64,000 nt of DNA from the human T2T-CHM13v2.0 reference genome, Homo sapiens, in assembly GCF_009914755.1 (NCBI RefSeq), contig NC_060946.1; one strand, given 5' to 3'. Positions 55,246 to 64,000 of the stretch are shown here, in pieces; the first letter of the stretch is position 1, and each line of letters begins with the position of its first letter. The notes under the pieces are model-generated. The model did not search any database. It was not told the DNA's origin and saw only the letters and a list, made by a program, of their open reading frames with translations. Both the position numbers and the translations under genes were made by a program.

Positions 55246-56697
55246 GAGTGTATCATTTTTACATTTCTAAGGTCTCATTAACAAAAGAAGGTTAAGTCCA
55301 TGACTGATGCTGCCATCATCAGCAACAGGACGTGCGCCAAGTTTTCCTGGTGGCACCACCCCAGCCTGGCCTGTGACAAGGGGCCTGCAGAGAGTCAGGC
55401 ACACCGGATTTTCTTTCAGGCCAAACAGAAGAGCAAGGGTTTCCCCAAATTCGAGAGCACGGGGCTGGGAAGAAGAGCCAAGCGCCAGCAGTGTCCTCAC
55501 ACCTGCTCCTCCTGAGATGCACCCCCCACCGCCCCCCACCCCATGTGACCTCTGCTCCGGCAGCAGCCTGTCCTGTGCCCTTCCATGGGATGACACCCAG
55601 GACGGCGTCTGCCCCCCACCTGCGCAGGCACGCCTGCATTAGAGGGTCACCTTCTCACATCTGGGACTGAAGATGTGTGTGGGCAGAACGCAGCGTTTGT
55701 AATCGTGTGAACGGAAGACACAAACGGCCGGTGGCGGCCACCCAGGATGGTACTGGGACCCGGTCACCACGGCGCTGCTGTGCCCTTCCTTGGTGCCCCG
55801 GCCTGAGATGCTGCCTAACTTGGACTTGGTGCTTCTTGGTCTTTGCTTGTCCTGATGGCTGTGCCCCGTGTGTGGCCCTGAGCCACACTGCTGCGTGTTC
55901 CGTGTTTTGAACTTGACACCGACGATGCTGTGAGACTTCTCTGCTGACGTGCAGCCAAGTCTGCCTCTGTCCCCATGTGCAGCTGGGCCCCCTTCACCTG
56001 GTGTCCCGTCAGATACACTGCATGCAGCCACTGACGGGGTGTGGATGTGTATCGGCTCCCAGGCTGGCTACTAAATGGTGCTGCTGTCGCTGTCACCTCT
56101 CCTGAGCCGCACAGGCAGGTGTTTCGTTGGAACAATCCCAGGAGCAGATGCCCGTGCACACAGCAGCACCTCCCAAGTGCCGGTGACAAGGTCATCCTGC
56201 CAGCAGCGAACATGAGTCCCTGCTGATCTTTATCCCGCCAACTTGATATGGTCAAATTTTAACACTTCTGCTGCCTGGCAGGTATAAGGCAGCAGCATCT
56301 CATTGTGGCTTTAATTTGCTTCAACCTGACCATACAGGTGGGCACCTTTTATGATTCCTCCTTTTCAAATCTTTGTCACATTTTCTATTAGCTGCTGGTC
56401 CTTTCCTTACTGATTCGTAGGAGTAAGTGATATATTCTGAAAACTAAAGCATACATTAAGCCATATCGGTCGTGGAATGATAAGCATTACTGGAATGTGG
56501 ACATGACTGTGCCTGTGATGTAAGCTTCAGGAAACTATAGTGTAAGGCATGTATGTATAGTATGTGGATAAATGGATATGCCATATACACACACACACAT
56601 ACATATACATATATGTGTGGATTATGTATGTACATGTGCATTAATGGGTTTCAAGTTCTCTAAAAGAAAAAGTGTAACTAGACAAAAAAACTATTAA

Positions 56698-64000
<7,303 letters not shown>

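Noticed and set aside
55267-56255. Several overlapping 100-146 aa ORFs in CpG-rich YPEL1 intron 1
   Set aside because: No consistent splice or frame structure and no known motif; explained by GC content.

Overview
Hominid, almost certainly human, genomic DNA from the PPIL2-YPEL1 locus (22q11.2 region, recalled). It is Alu-saturated and has no prokaryotic features. The + strand carries the complete 20-exon PPIL2 gene (U-box plus cyclophilin, 520 aa; ATG 7569, TAG 36968). A frame-shifted 527-aa C-terminal variant arises from a +4 acceptor and a 3'-UTR intron. The - strand carries the four coding exons of YPEL1 (119 aa; ATG 52227, TAA 42610); its first exon lies beyond the right edge, and its 3' UTR converges on and overlaps that of PPIL2. 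Most notable observations: (1) an 11-unit minisatellite in a YPEL1 intron built on the nuclear-receptor palindrome AGGTCATGACCT (TREpal/IR0); (2) an open, in-frame, Cys-rich 5' extension of YPEL1 behind an ACG in strong Kozak context; (3) a GC-AG intron in YPEL1; (4) a 27-30 nt tailless U6 snRNA retrocopy with a 13-bp TSD; (5) an antisense SVA with a 15-bp TSD and an apparent short 3' transduction; (6) a spliceable two-exon 151-codon ORF upstream of PPIL2 that may be the remnant of a further gene. Exon coordinates were read by hand from splice signals and frame continuity. Repeat boundaries are approximate and subfamily calls are from memory.
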